A stretch of DNA of 53,974 bases from Candidatus Woesearchaeota archaeon (GCA_018302125.1 JAGWAC010000004.1:1-53974); one strand, 5' to 3'; positions 19,096 through 29,983 are shown, counted from the stretch's first letter. Numbers and translations are program-made. Notes: generated by a model from the letters alone, not told the origin.

Positions 19096-20708
19096 TAAGA
19101 AAAATATTTATTGAAGATATTGATGATGAAAGAACAAATGCTATAAAACTAATATTAGATACAGAAAAAATTCCTTATTCTTTTACAAAAAATGCAACTG
19201 ACAGGGATTTTAAAGAATCTTTATTCTTGTTTACAAACACATTTAATTCAAAAGCTAGTTTTTACTTAATTTTAAATCCCGAAATGCTCGAGAGACCATT
19301 GCAAGTTAATCAATCAGAGCCATTAAAGTTAAAAACAAATATCGAAAAAATTTCAGAAGTTCTGAAAGAGTTTAATCTGCCTGAAGAAATAGGCATTCCA
19401 AGTATACCAGTATTCAAGTTATTGGATTATCAAGGAGCTCAAATGGCAAAAATATTTGTTGATAATGTTGAATATCCAGCAGTTATAAAGCAGGAAAATG
19501 CAATTATTTTCCTATTTGACATATTGACTCTATTCATTAGTTTAATTTCAGAGAATTATTTCGAAAAAACAAAAGAAAAAAATGTTCTTTCTAATTCTTT
19601 AATAGAAAAAATCTACAAAAAAATACCATACTCATTAAGAATACCAATATATAGAAAATATTATAAAAAAGTTCATAAAAATCTAAATAAATTAAATGAA
19701 TTTAAAACAAATTTTCCAATAGAACCAGCAGGTTATGTTCTATTTGAATTAATAAAAAATTCAATTCTTCATTTTACTAATATAATTAGAATCAGCAGAT
19801 GGCCGACAAATTATAATTATTCAGTTTTAATAACCCATGATACAGAGCCAACAAAATACGCTTATAAAAAAGGTTTAAAATTATTGTTAAATAAATTGGC
19901 AGAAAACAATCTAAAGTCAACAATAACTCTGGTAAGCAATTATGTAAGATATATTCCTAAGCAGGAAATTGAAAGAATAAAAATTCATGAATTAGGGTGC
20001 CATGATTTATATCATGATAGAAAATTCTTGTTAATCCCTCCTTATGAGAGAAAAGAAAGGTTAAAAACAGCTAAAGAAATTTTGGAAAAAACATTTGATA
20101 GGGAAATTACATTTTTTCGGGCTCCAACCTTGCAAAGACCCCCTGATTTATTAGATTCTTTAGAAGAAACAGGCTATAAATACGATTCTTCAATAATAGA
20201 TTCTCAAAGAGAACAGCCATATTGTGGAAAAGGAAATTCCTTTTTCCTTCCTTTTTATCCAATTATAAACAATAAAAAATCAAATATTCTTGAATTGCCT
20301 ATTTCAGCGCCAGATTGTATTTCACCTTACTTTTTCGGGTATTCTATGCAGGAGACACTAAATTTATTTGAAACCAAGATAAAATTTATTGAAAAAGTGA
20401 ATGGTCTTGCTGTATTTATAGTTCACACGCCAGCATGGGGAAAAAAAGACGCACAAAACAGGTTGTTGTTATTAGATACAATTTTAGAAAGCTCAAAAAA
20501 TTCTTTTCTTACAAACATAAAGGAATTAACAGATTGGTGGGAGAGCAGGAGCAATTTGTTTTTGGAAATAACAGGCAATAAAATAATATTAAACAACAAC
20601 AATAAAAAAGAAATCCATAATATTTCAGTAAAAATAGAAACAATAGAAAAAATAGCAGAAATAAAAGTGCCAAAAATAACGCCTGAAGAAAAGTTAATTA
20701 TAGCATGA
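19092..20708 (+). CDS. Polysaccharide deacetylase (CE4/NodB-like) domain protein
   Basis: WP....ITHDTE, ELGCHDLYH, FRAP, YDSS, LELP; ATG at 19092. Confidence 0.8.
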   Translation: MIRKIFIEDIDDERTNAIKLILDTEKIPYSFTKNATDRDFKESLFLFTNTFNSKASFYLILNPEMLERPLQVNQSEPLKLKTNIEKISEVLKEFNLPEEIGIPSIPVFKLLDYQGAQMAKIFVDNVEYPAVIKQENAIIFLFDILTLFISLISENYFEKTKEKNVLSNSLIEKIYKKIPYSLRIPIYRKYYKKVHKNLNKLNEFKTNFPIEPAGYVLFELIKNSILHFTNIIRISRWPTNYNYSVLITHDTEPTKYAYKKGLKLLLNKLAENNLKSTITLVSNYVRYIPKQEIERIKIHELGCHDLYHDRKFLLIPPYERKERLKTAKEILEKTFDREITFFRAPTLQRPPDLLDSLEETGYKYDSSIIDSQREQPYCGKGNSFFLPFYPIINNKKSNILELPISAPDCISPYFFGYSMQETLNLFETKIKFIEKVNGLAVFIVHTPAWGKKDAQNRLLLLDTILESSKNSFLTNIKELTDWWESRSNLFLEITGNKIILNNNNKKEIHNISVKIETIEKIAEIKVPKITPEEKLIIA

Positions 20709-21322
20709 TCCAGTATAAAGAAAAAGTAAAGGAAAGATTTGATGAATTATCAGATTCTTACTCAAATAATGCAGTTTCTTATATAAGAAACAAAAGATTA
20801 AAATCTATAAATAAATATATAAAAAAAGAAGATAAAATTCTAGAAATTGGTTGTGGTTCTGGTAATATTCTAAAATTTGTTAATTCAAAAAATATTTATG
20901 GCCTTGATATTAGCCCAAAAATGATTGAATTTTGCAAAAAAACAATTCCAAATGGAGATTTTACAACAGGAGATGCTGAAAACCTTCCGTATGAAGATAA
21001 TTTCTTTGATAAAGTAATTATTAGTGAAGTTCTTTATTATTTGCCAAATATAGAAAAAGCATTAAAAGAAGCCCATAGAGTATTAAAAAAAGACGGGTTA
21101 TTGTTGATCACCTCTTTAAATAAAAGATATAATTTTGTTAAATCAGTTGTAAATACTCTAAAAATAGGTGTTCATGACAATGTTTCAATGTCTTACTTGT
21201 CATTGAAAAATCTGAAAAATCTTCTAGAGAAAGACTTTAAAATAAAAGAAATCTCCTCAATTCCGTTAAAAATAATACCATCAGATTATTCATTGATATT
21301 TTTCATATCAGCTGAAAAATGA
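20705..21322 (+). CDS. Class I SAM-dependent methyltransferase
   Basis: ILEIGCGSG, GLDIS, GDAENLPY. Confidence 0.9.
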   Translation: MIQYKEKVKERFDELSDSYSNNAVSYIRNKRLKSINKYIKKEDKILEIGCGSGNILKFVNSKNIYGLDISPKMIEFCKKTIPNGDFTTGDAENLPYEDNFFDKVIISEVLYYLPNIEKALKEAHRVLKKDGLLLITSLNKRYNFVKSVVNTLKIGVHDNVSMSYLSLKNLKNLLEKDFKIKEISSIPLKIIPSDYSLIFFISAEK

Positions 21323-22284
21323 GTCCGAAACTATCAGTAATAATTCCAATGTATAATGAGCAGGAAAATGTAGTTAATACTTTAAAAAAAGTTTCAGATG
21401 TTTTGTATTCAATGAATATTGATTATGAACTAATTATAGTTAATGACGGATCTACTGATAATACATTAGATTTGTTAAAAAAAGAGGCTGAAAAATACAA
21501 GAGATTAAGAATTATTACTTATGAAAAAAATAGAAATCTGGGCGGTGCCTTAAAGATAGGATTTGAAAAAGCAAAAGGAGATCACATAATTACAATAGAT
21601 TCTGATCTAAGTTATGATGCAAAATTTATAGCTGATTTATATCATGAAGCAGAAAGATCAAATTACGATATTATTCAGGGTTCTCCATATATGAAAGGAG
21701 GGAGTGCTTTAGGGATTCCCCCATTAAGATTAATTATAAGTAAAGCATCAAACAGATTTTTTAGTTACCTTATTGGTGTAAATATCCACACAGTAACAGG
21801 AATGCTAAGATGTTATAAAAAAGAAGTAATTGATTCTTTAGTTTTGGAATCAAATGGCCCGGAAATTATGTTTGAAATCTTGTCAAAATCAGTTTTATTA
21901 GGATTTAAAATAAAAGAAATTCCAGCCATATTAAAAGGAAGAGAAAGAGGAATATCAAAATTTCAGCATCAGTTAAAAAAAGTATTTTCAGAATATTTCT
22001 CTTTATTATATTCAGAAAAACCAATTGTATTTTTCAAAATGCTTGGTATTTTTTTAATTATTTTAGCTTTGATTTATTCAGGAATTAAAATATCTTGGTA
22101 TGCTCTAGGTCGTGTTTCTTTATCAGAACCAGTAATAACTAACCCAGTTATAATTCTAGTATTATTAGGTTTTCTAATATTCTTTTTTGCAATAATAATA
22201 AACCAGTTCACTCAATTACAAAAAAATTTACTGATTATTCAAAAACAAAATAAGGAATTGCAGATCAAATTAAAAGAAAAATAA
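21319..22284 (+). CDS. GT2 (ArnC/GtrB/DPM-like) with two C-terminal TM helices
   Basis: IIPMYNE, VNDGSTD, IDSDLSY, RERGISK. Confidence 0.88.
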   Translation: MSPKLSVIIPMYNEQENVVNTLKKVSDVLYSMNIDYELIIVNDGSTDNTLDLLKKEAEKYKRLRIITYEKNRNLGGALKIGFEKAKGDHIITIDSDLSYDAKFIADLYHEAERSNYDIIQGSPYMKGGSALGIPPLRLIISKASNRFFSYLIGVNIHTVTGMLRCYKKEVIDSLVLESNGPEIMFEILSKSVLLGFKIKEIPAILKGRERGISKFQHQLKKVFSEYFSLLYSEKPIVFFKMLGIFLIILALIYSGIKISWYALGRVSLSEPVITNPVIILVLLGFLIFFFAIIINQFTQLQKNLLIIQKQNKELQIKLKEK

Positions 22285-22470
22285 AGATGAAAATGGGTTG
22301 GTTTTTATATGTTTTTTTTGGGATGGTTCTTTTCTCAGATATGGTTTAATTTTCAAAAAGCTAACTTCGGACTTAAGGCCAAACATTCTTCTGTTGTTTA
22401 TATTTAGTTTTGGAATGATTTTTTATTTAATTTTAATAAAATATTTATATCCTTGAAAATTAATAAAATT

Positions 22471-22608
22471 ATGATCAAAAAAATAAGGGGTGGATATAAG
22501 GTGCTTTCTGAATCTGGCAGAAATATGGGTACTTATAAGACCTTAAAAGAAGCAAAAAACAGGCTAAGGCAAATTGAATATTTTAAACATGAAAATAAAA
22601 ACAAATAA
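22471..22608 (+). CDS. Small basic protein (45 aa), absent from the ORF track
   Basis: MIKKIRGGYKVLSESGRNMGTYKTLKEAKNRLRQIEYFKHENKNK*; TATA-like TTTATAT about 25 nt upstream. Confidence 0.7.
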   Translation: MIKKIRGGYKVLSESGRNMGTYKTLKEAKNRLRQIEYFKHENKNK

Positions 22609-22636
22609 AAACCCTTTCTAATTGAATTTGGCTAAT

Positions 22637-23728
22637 ATGAAAAAAGTAGTAACTGTTTGTGGTACTAGGCCAGAATGGACTAAATTGTCTGCTCTAATTC
22701 CAATGCTAGACAAAGAATTTAATCATATTTTAGTTCATACAGGACAGCATTATTCTTACAATATGGACAAAATCTTCTTTGAAGAACTTCAGTTAAGACA
22801 GCCAAATTACACATTAGAAGTTGGCTCAGGAACTCAGGCAGAGCAAGTGGGAAAAGGAATGATTGAATTTGAGAAAATATTGTTAAAAGAAAAGCCGGAT
22901 GTGGTAATTACTTTTGCAGATACAAATGCCCCGATTACTGGTTCTTTAGTAGCATCTAAGTTGCACATTCCTGTTGTACACATTGAAGCTGGCGCACGAT
23001 CTTTTAATAGAATAATGCCAGAAGAAATAAACAGAATAGTAACAGATCATTGTTCAGATTTATTGTTTCCAGCAGATAAATCAGCATATAAAAATCTAGT
23101 AAAAGAAAATATTCCGAAAAATAAAATATTTTTAGTGGGGAGAACAGTTTATGAAGCCTGTTTGAGAACAAAAAAATTAGCCTTAAAATTAAATTTGCCT
23201 GAAAAATACAATCTGCAAAAAGAAAATTATGTTCTCTTAACAATGCATAGGGCAGAAAATACAAATGATTTGGAAAGACTAAAAGGTTTGATTTATGCAA
23301 TTAATGAAATCTCAAATTTGGTAAAGATAGTTTACCCAATGCATCCAAGAACCAAGAGAATAATAGGAGAAAATAATCTAAAGATAAACGATAATGTAAT
23401 AATTATAGAGCCACAGGGTTATTTGGAATTTACAAGTTTGTTAATTAATTCAAAGTTTGTAATGTCAGATTCAGGGACAGTTCAGGAAGAAGCTGTAATT
23501 TATAATATTCCTTGCGTAATTTTAAGAAATGAAACAGAATGGACAGAATTTGTTGAAAAGGGAAAGAATATACTTGCAACAACAGACCCCAATAAAATAA
23601 TCCCAATAGCAAAAGAATTATTAATTAATCCAAATAAAATTTCAGAGTTAAAATCAATAAAAATCAATCAAAAAAAGAACACATGTAAAAAAATAATTGA
23701 AATAATAAAAAATGAGCTTATCAAATAA
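22637..23728 (+). CDS. wecB: Non-hydrolysing UDP-N-acetylglucosamine 2-epimerase family (WecB/WbpI-like)
   Basis: GTRPE, HTGQHY, HIEAGARS, MPEEINR, DSGTVQEEA. Confidence 0.92.
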   Translation: MKKVVTVCGTRPEWTKLSALIPMLDKEFNHILVHTGQHYSYNMDKIFFEELQLRQPNYTLEVGSGTQAEQVGKGMIEFEKILLKEKPDVVITFADTNAPITGSLVASKLHIPVVHIEAGARSFNRIMPEEINRIVTDHCSDLLFPADKSAYKNLVKENIPKNKIFLVGRTVYEACLRTKKLALKLNLPEKYNLQKENYVLLTMHRAENTNDLERLKGLIYAINEISNLVKIVYPMHPRTKRIIGENNLKINDNVIIIEPQGYLEFTSLLINSKFVMSDSGTVQEEAVIYNIPCVILRNETEWTEFVEKGKNILATTDPNKIIPIAKELLINPNKISELKSIKINQKKNTCKKIIEIIKNELIK

Positions 23729-24686
23729 ATCAATTTTAGTGACAGGCGGAGCCGGCTTTATAGGAAGTCATTTAGTTGATGCTTTAACAGAAGAAAATCC
23801 CGAAAATTTAGTTTTATTGTCAAATTTCTTTTTGGGAAAAGAAGAAAATATTAAAGAAGCAAAAGAAAAATTCCCCAAACTAAAAGTTTGCAATGGCAGT
23901 GCTGCTGATTATAATGTAGTCAGAAAGATTTTGGAAGATAATAAAATTGACATTGTTTATAATTTGGCTGTTATTCCATTGCCAGCATCTTTGAAAGACC
24001 CCTTATGGAGCACTTTAGAAAACATAAACATTGCATTAAATATCTGTGAATTATTAAGAATAGATTGTTTTAAAAAATTGATTCATTTTTCCTCTTCAGA
24101 AGCATATGGAAGTGCATTAAAAGTCCCGATGAATGAAAAGCACGAATTAAATCCTGAAACTCCTTATGCAGCAAGCAAAGCCTCTGGAGATTTGATTGTT
24201 GATTCTTATTATAGGACTTTTAAATTAGACACTTCAATCTTAAGGCCATTTAATAACTATGGCCCTAGGCAAAATGCAGGCAAATTTGCAGCTATAATAC
24301 CTCTTTTTATCAAGAAAATGATGAATAAAGAAAATACATTGACAATAAATGGTGATGGTGAGCAGACAAGGGATTTTATTTATGTAACAGACACAGCTAA
24401 CGCTGCTGTTGAGTTTTCTAAAAACAAAAATGTAGTAGGCAAGACAATAAATATTGCTAGCGGAAGAGAAATTTCCATGAATTATTTGGCTGAATTGCTC
24501 TGCAGGGAAATGGATTTTAAAGGAAAAATAAACCACGGTCCTGGAAGGCCTGGTGATGTCAGAAGGCATTTTGCTGATATATCATTGGCTAAAAAATTAC
24601 TAAATTTTGAGCCAAAAGTTAAATTTGAAGAGGGTATAAAATTAACCTGTGATTGGTATAAAAAAAATTTAAATAAGAATAAATAG
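23712..24686 (+). CDS. NAD-dependent nucleotide-sugar epimerase/dehydratase (SDR)
   Basis: VTGGAGFIGSH, SSSEAYG, PYAASK, RPFNNYGPRQ. Confidence 0.92.
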   Translation: MSLSNKSILVTGGAGFIGSHLVDALTEENPENLVLLSNFFLGKEENIKEAKEKFPKLKVCNGSAADYNVVRKILEDNKIDIVYNLAVIPLPASLKDPLWSTLENINIALNICELLRIDCFKKLIHFSSSEAYGSALKVPMNEKHELNPETPYAASKASGDLIVDSYYRTFKLDTSILRPFNNYGPRQNAGKFAAIIPLFIKKMMNKENTLTINGDGEQTRDFIYVTDTANAAVEFSKNKNVVGKTINIASGREISMNYLAELLCREMDFKGKINHGPGRPGDVRRHFADISLAKKLLNFEPKVKFEEGIKLTCDWYKKNLNKNK

Positions 24687-24698
24687 CGCTTTTAAACA

Positions 24699-25013
24699 AT
24701 GAAACTTGAGTATAGGGTAAGAATAAACGCAGAAAATCTAACTAGTAAGGCTCTTAAAGAAATAGAAAAAAACATTAAAAAGATACTAGAACTTCCAAAG
24801 GTTTTTTCTAATGAAGAAGAATATGAAGAAAATTTATTGCTTTTTAGTTTTAAAAAACCTGCAAGAAGAGATATCAACATATCAGGAAAATATCCTGATT
24901 TAGATTATTTGGTAAAAGATCTGGTAAAGCCATTTGGCCAAGAGCGATTTGTTGATATTGGTTATGAAATCTTTAAGCATAATCAATTAAGTTTTTCTAA
25001 AATAAATTATTAA
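24699..25013 (+). CDS. Hypothetical protein
   Basis: ATG-initiated ORF filling the gap, host-like composition. Confidence 0.55.
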   Translation: MKLEYRVRINAENLTSKALKEIEKNIKKILELPKVFSNEEEYEENLLLFSFKKPARRDINISGKYPDLDYLVKDLVKPFGQERFVDIGYEIFKHNQLSFSKINY

Positions 25014-25576
25014 ATAATTATTTCGCTTTTGCAAAAACCACATTTAACTTTTCCTTTTAAATAAATGTCGCCCAATTTCTTGCCGCATTTGCAGACATAA
25101 CCAATTAACTTTGCAGGTACACCATAAACTAAACCATATGCAGGAACTTCTTTGGTAACTACGCTACCAGCTCCAACCATAGCAAATTCTCCTATTGTTA
25201 AATTACATAATACGACAGAACCCGCCCCAATTGAAGCTCCTTTTTTTACTAAAGTTTTGCTTAACTTCCAGTCTAAACCTTTCTTTAAAGATCCGTCGAT
25301 ATTTATTGCCCTGGGTTGAACATCATTTGTAAAAGTAGTATGAGGGCCGACAAAAACGCCGTCTTCTAAAGTTACTCCCTCGTAAACAGAAACATTATTC
25401 TGGATTTTTACATTATTTCCTAAAATTGCCCCAGAATCAACAAAAACATTTTTTCCTAAAATACAATTTTCCCCTATTTTAGCTCCCTTTCTAACATGGC
25501 ACTGGTGCCAAATATTTGTATTATTCCCAATAGAGGCTCCTTCTTCCACATCAGCTGTTTTATGTATCATCCCCAA
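25010..25576 (-). CDS. Hexapeptide-repeat N-acetyltransferase (WbpD-like)
   Basis: IWHQCHV, VKIQNNVSVYEGV, FTND..PR, GVPAKLIGYVCKCG. Confidence 0.9.
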   Translation of the reverse strand: MGMIHKTADVEEGASIGNNTNIWHQCHVRKGAKIGENCILGKNVFVDSGAILGNNVKIQNNVSVYEGVTLEDGVFVGPHTTFTNDVQPRAINIDGSLKKGLDWKLSKTLVKKGASIGAGSVVLCNLTIGEFAMVGAGSVVTKEVPAYGLVYGVPAKLIGYVCKCGKKLGDIYLKGKVKCGFCKSEIII

Positions 25577-25657
25577 GAATTATAGGAAAAAACTTATAAA
25601 ACTTTTTAATTATCAAAAAACTTAAATATATTTAATTTTAAAGAAAAGGTAAAGACT

Positions 25658-27064
25658 ATGTTTGATGTTTTGTTGATTAATCCTCCTTATTTTAAAAAGG
25701 GAGGTAACATATGGAAGACTGTTTCTAGTTGCATGCCCCCATACGGTTTAGCTGTTTTAGCAGCTTGTATAGAGCAAGCAGGATTTAAAGTAAAAATTTT
25801 AGATACTTACGCAGAACAATTGGCAGTAGATGATGTTGAAGAATATCTAAAAAATAATTATGATGAACCCAGGTTTATTGGATTGACATCTAGTACAGTA
25901 AATGTAAAACAAGCTTATGCAGTATCTGATATTTGCAAAAAACTTTGGCCAAATGCAAAAATGATTTTTGGTGGTGTCCATGCAACATCAAAACCAGAAG
26001 AACCATTAAAAAACAATGCAGCACATTTTGTAGTTCGGGGTGAAGCAGAATACACTTTTGTAGATTTAATTAAAGGTCATTCATTAAAAGAAATTAAAGG
26101 CCTGACTTACTTTAATGAAAATAAAGAAATTGTTCATAATCAAGAAGGGGAATTTGTTGATTTGGATAAATTGCCAATGCCAGCATATCATTTGATTCCA
26201 ATGCATAAATATTTTCCTGCAGTTGGTTCTTACAAAAGGCTTCCTGCAATGAATGTTGTTACATCAAGAGGCTGTCCAGGTAAATGCACATTTTGTTATC
26301 AGCCTTTTGGAAATGCATTAAGGCAAAGGTCCCCAAGAAAAATAGTTGATGAAATAAAAATATTAGTTGAAAAATATGGAACAAAAGAAATCTGTTTTTA
26401 TGATGATAATTTTACTACTTTTAAGCACAAAACAAGAGAATTCTGTAATATATTATTAGAGGAAAAAATTGATATAAGTTGGATATGTTTTGCAAGGGTA
26501 GATTGGATAGATATTGATTTATTAAAATTAATGAAAAAAGCTGGATGTCACCAGATATTGTTTGGGGCAGAATCAGGAAATCAGCAGATATTAAACAATA
26601 TAAGAAAAAATATTACTCCCGAAAAAATAAAGAATGCAGTCAGGGCTGCTCAAGAAGCAGATATTGATTGTAGGGTTACTTTCTTATTTGGTTGTCCAGG
26701 TGAAACAGAAGAAACAATGGAAGAAACAATAAAATTCGCTTTGGAATTAAATCCAGATATTGCTTTATTTAACATAGTCTCTCCTAATCCCGGAACTCAA
26801 ATGTATGATTGGGCAGTTAAAAATAATTATTTAAAAACAGAACAATGGGATGAATATGATTGGGGGGAAGTTCTTCTTAACTTGCCAACAGTATCTCCAG
26901 ATAAAGTAAAACATTATTATAAAATGGCTTATAGAAGATTCTACTTAAGGCCAAGATATATTGTCAGAAGATTGATGAAAATTAGGGATAAAAATGATAT
27001 TGTAAATATTATGTATGGCGCAAAGGCAATTTTGAATGTTTTAAGAATGTACAACAGCCATTAG
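25658..27064 (+). CDS. B12-binding radical SAM protein
   Basis: GGVHAT, RGEAE, SRGCPGKCTFC, DDNF, GAESG. Confidence 0.92.
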   Translation: MFDVLLINPPYFKKGGNIWKTVSSCMPPYGLAVLAACIEQAGFKVKILDTYAEQLAVDDVEEYLKNNYDEPRFIGLTSSTVNVKQAYAVSDICKKLWPNAKMIFGGVHATSKPEEPLKNNAAHFVVRGEAEYTFVDLIKGHSLKEIKGLTYFNENKEIVHNQEGEFVDLDKLPMPAYHLIPMHKYFPAVGSYKRLPAMNVVTSRGCPGKCTFCYQPFGNALRQRSPRKIVDEIKILVEKYGTKEICFYDDNFTTFKHKTREFCNILLEEKIDISWICFARVDWIDIDLLKLMKKAGCHQILFGAESGNQQILNNIRKNITPEKIKNAVRAAQEADIDCRVTFLFGCPGETEETMEETIKFALELNPDIALFNIVSPNPGTQMYDWAVKNNYLKTEQWDEYDWGEVLLNLPTVSPDKVKHYYKMAYRRFYLRPRYIVRRLMKIRDKNDIVNIMYGAKAILNVLRMYNSH

Positions 27065-27095
27065 TTTTTTAAATCTAATTCTTTAAACAAAAACA

Positions 27096-28535
27096 ATGAA
27101 ATTAAGAAATCTTTTGGAAAAAAGAGAAGCAAAAATATTTCTTACAATTTACATAGTTTACCTGATTTTTATGACAAATTTTGGTGGGAATTTTATGGCT
27201 GATTCTATGTTATCAGCAACAATCTCATTGGTAGAAAAGCAAACATTTGTAATTAATGACTATGTTTCTGAAGTATGTAAAGAAACTGGTTGTGATCATG
27301 CCGTTTACAATGGAAATTATTATTCCGGATTTGCTCCAGGATTAAGTATAATAGCAATTCCTCTCTACTTAATATCATTTCCATTCTTAAATTATTTCTT
27401 GGAAGACGGATTATTTAGAAATACAAAAACAGAATTAAAGTTAATAGCCATTAATATCATAGTAACAATTTTTATTTCTTCACTGTTATCAGCATTAACT
27501 TCTGTTTTAATTTATAAGATATCTTCAAATTTTACAAACAATGAGAAAACAAGATTGTTAGTTACATTTTTGCTAGCTTTTTCAACAATTTATTTTTTAT
27601 ATTCAACAGGTTATTATGCTAGGATAATAGCTGGTTTTTTCAGCATTTTTGCTTTTTACAAATTAATTAATATTAAAAAAGAACTTTTAGAGAATAAAAA
27701 ACCAAAAACCAAAAACCTGCTCATTGCTGGTTTGTCTTCTTCAATAGCTATAACAATGGATTATCCTCATGTCCTGATTTCTTTTGTCTTATTTATATAT
27801 TTGCTGAGTTTTTTAAGAGAAAAAAGAATTTTATATTATATTATAGCCTCAATAATTCCAGTTGCTTTAATTTTATTATACCATTATACTATTTTTGAAA
27901 ATCCGTTTGCAACACCAGAACATTTGAGAGCAAATCAAGCAAATTACGAAGCCCTGGTAAAAGGGATAGGTGGTTTTTCCTATCCTTCCTTAGAGAAATT
28001 ATATTTATACTCATTTAGCCCAGAAAGAGGAATCTTCTTTTATGCACCAATTTTTCTATTGTCTTTATATGGGATTTATTTAGGTTTTAAAAAACATAAA
28101 GCAGAATTTTTAACAATAATATTTATATTTCTATCAACTTATTTGCTATATTCATCAAATATTTGGCCGTGGTTTTTCGATGGTAGCTTCGGCCCGAGAT
28201 ATTTGTTAGTGGCTTTTCCTTATTTAATCCTGCCATTAAGCATAGTACTGGAAAAATCGAAAAATATATTGGCTTATTTTTTAATATTGGTTTCTTCTAT
28301 TATAAGTTTGTTAGGAGCTATGTTTGATAGGACAGCTTTATGGACATATTCTTATGACATTAAAAATCCGTTGGTAAATTCTTACATTCCTTTATTTTTA
28401 GAAAGAGGTTTTTCAAATTACACCTTAAATATAATTAACTACAAGATATTTAACATTCCAGTCTATTTAATTAACATAATATTCTTTGCAGAGCTGATAG
28501 TTTTGTTCTTAATAATTAAGAAAATCTGGAAATAA
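27096..28535 (+). CDS. Polytopic membrane protein, GT-C-like glycosyltransferase
   Basis: DHAVYNGNYYSGFAPG, SPERGIFFYAP, GSFGPRYL. Confidence 0.65.
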   Translation: MKLRNLLEKREAKIFLTIYIVYLIFMTNFGGNFMADSMLSATISLVEKQTFVINDYVSEVCKETGCDHAVYNGNYYSGFAPGLSIIAIPLYLISFPFLNYFLEDGLFRNTKTELKLIAINIIVTIFISSLLSALTSVLIYKISSNFTNNEKTRLLVTFLLAFSTIYFLYSTGYYARIIAGFFSIFAFYKLINIKKELLENKKPKTKNLLIAGLSSSIAITMDYPHVLISFVLFIYLLSFLREKRILYYIIASIIPVALILLYHYTIFENPFATPEHLRANQANYEALVKGIGGFSYPSLEKLYLYSFSPERGIFFYAPIFLLSLYGIYLGFKKHKAEFLTIIFIFLSTYLLYSSNIWPWFFDGSFGPRYLLVAFPYLILPLSIVLEKSKNILAYFLILVSSIISLLGAMFDRTALWTYSYDIKNPLVNSYIPLFLERGFSNYTLNIINYKIFNIPVYLINIIFFAELIVLFLIIKKIWK

Positions 28536-28537
28536 TA

Positions 28538-29938
28538 TTAAAAGAGCCATTTTATTTTCAATTTTAACATGCTTAAAAAATAACTTGGTCTAAAATAATA
28601 TTTTCTAAGTGCCTCTTCAAGTAAGTCCTTTACTTCTTCCTGGCTCAAATTCTTATGCCTGTAAACCAAATTAAACTGGGTGTATTTTTCATAATCATCA
28701 GTCAATATTCTTCCTTCTTTTTTTAATTGTTCATAAAAGCCAGTTCCAGGATATGGGGTGGAAATGGCAAATCTAGCCAAAGGAGTGTTTAATTTTATAG
28801 CATAATTTATTGTGTTTCTTACAGTTTCTTTTGTATCTCCTTCGTAGCCTAGTATATAAAAAGCGCTGACTTTAATGCCTAATTCTTTGCAGATTTTTAT
28901 TATTTTTTCCTGATGGTTTTCTTCTATTAATCCTCTTTTGTTTAATTTTGCAATTTCAGGATCAGATGTTTCTATTCCGACATTAATATTTCTTAATCCT
29001 GCATCAAACATCTTTTTTAAGTTATTTTCATTCAATAAATCAAGCCTTGTTTCCATTCCCCAGACAATGTTCACATTTCTTTTTTTTAATTCCTCACAAA
29101 ATTCATCTATAAATTTAGGAAATAAACCAAAAACAGGATCTCTAAACTGTATTCCTTTAACTCCATATTTTTGTTGTAAATTTAAAATATCATCCACAAC
29201 CTTTTTTGCGCTTCTCTGCCTTATTTTAGGTCCTTGGTATTCTCCGTAAGTGCAGTAAAACCTGCAGCTATATGGGCATCCTTTGCTAGCCTGTAAAACC
29301 AAAAATGGTTTCTCAGAAATAGCTGGGCTATATCCATATTTTTTCAGTGGAAAGCTAGTAAAGTCAGGACTTGGTAATTTTTCCATGTCTGTTAAAGAAC
29401 TTACAAAGACATTGCCTTTTAGTTGTTCCAAATTTTTAAAATCGTTCATGAAAAAGCTTTCAGATTCCCCAAGCAAGACAAAATCTCCTGAATTGAATAT
29501 CTCGGGATTTCTGGAAGGAAAAGGCCCGAAAAATCCTACTTTTGCTTTTGGGAATTTTTCTTTTAACAATTTACAGATTTTGTTTTCATTTTTAAAATCA
29601 ACAACAGTTCCATAAACTAAAATTAAATCATAATACCAATTCTCATCAGGCAAATTTTCTTCAAAATATTTTACATAATGTCCTTGTTCTTTAAACAAAC
29701 CTTGTAAAAAAGCGAAGCTAATTATTGGTAGTCTGATTGATCTCTTTTTGATCAATCTTATAATTCTAGATGTAAAAGAATTTCCATAATCATCAGCAGT
29801 TCCAAAGCCGCCATTAAGATCCTTGTTCATTGCATAATTTTTCTCTTTGTTTACTGGATGAACTAATGCAATGTTTAATTTTTTAGTAATAAAATTATCT
29901 TTTTTTCCTATTGTCATATTTGAAACTAATTGCTCCAT
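28538..29938 (-). CDS. B12-binding radical SAM protein (Cx3Cx3C variant)
   Basis: SKGCPYSCRFYC, FRDPVF, ETRLD, GIET, TPYPGT. Confidence 0.9.
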   Translation of the reverse strand: MEQLVSNMTIGKKDNFITKKLNIALVHPVNKEKNYAMNKDLNGGFGTADDYGNSFTSRIIRLIKKRSIRLPIISFAFLQGLFKEQGHYVKYFEENLPDENWYYDLILVYGTVVDFKNENKICKLLKEKFPKAKVGFFGPFPSRNPEIFNSGDFVLLGESESFFMNDFKNLEQLKGNVFVSSLTDMEKLPSPDFTSFPLKKYGYSPAISEKPFLVLQASKGCPYSCRFYCTYGEYQGPKIRQRSAKKVVDDILNLQQKYGVKGIQFRDPVFGLFPKFIDEFCEELKKRNVNIVWGMETRLDLLNENNLKKMFDAGLRNINVGIETSDPEIAKLNKRGLIEENHQEKIIKICKELGIKVSAFYILGYEGDTKETVRNTINYAIKLNTPLARFAISTPYPGTGFYEQLKKEGRILTDDYEKYTQFNLVYRHKNLSQEEVKDLLEEALRKYYFRPSYFLSMLKLKIKWLF

Positions 29939-29983
29939 TTTATCACGTTTTTAGATAAACTTTCTATTTAAATTTTTTCTTGC

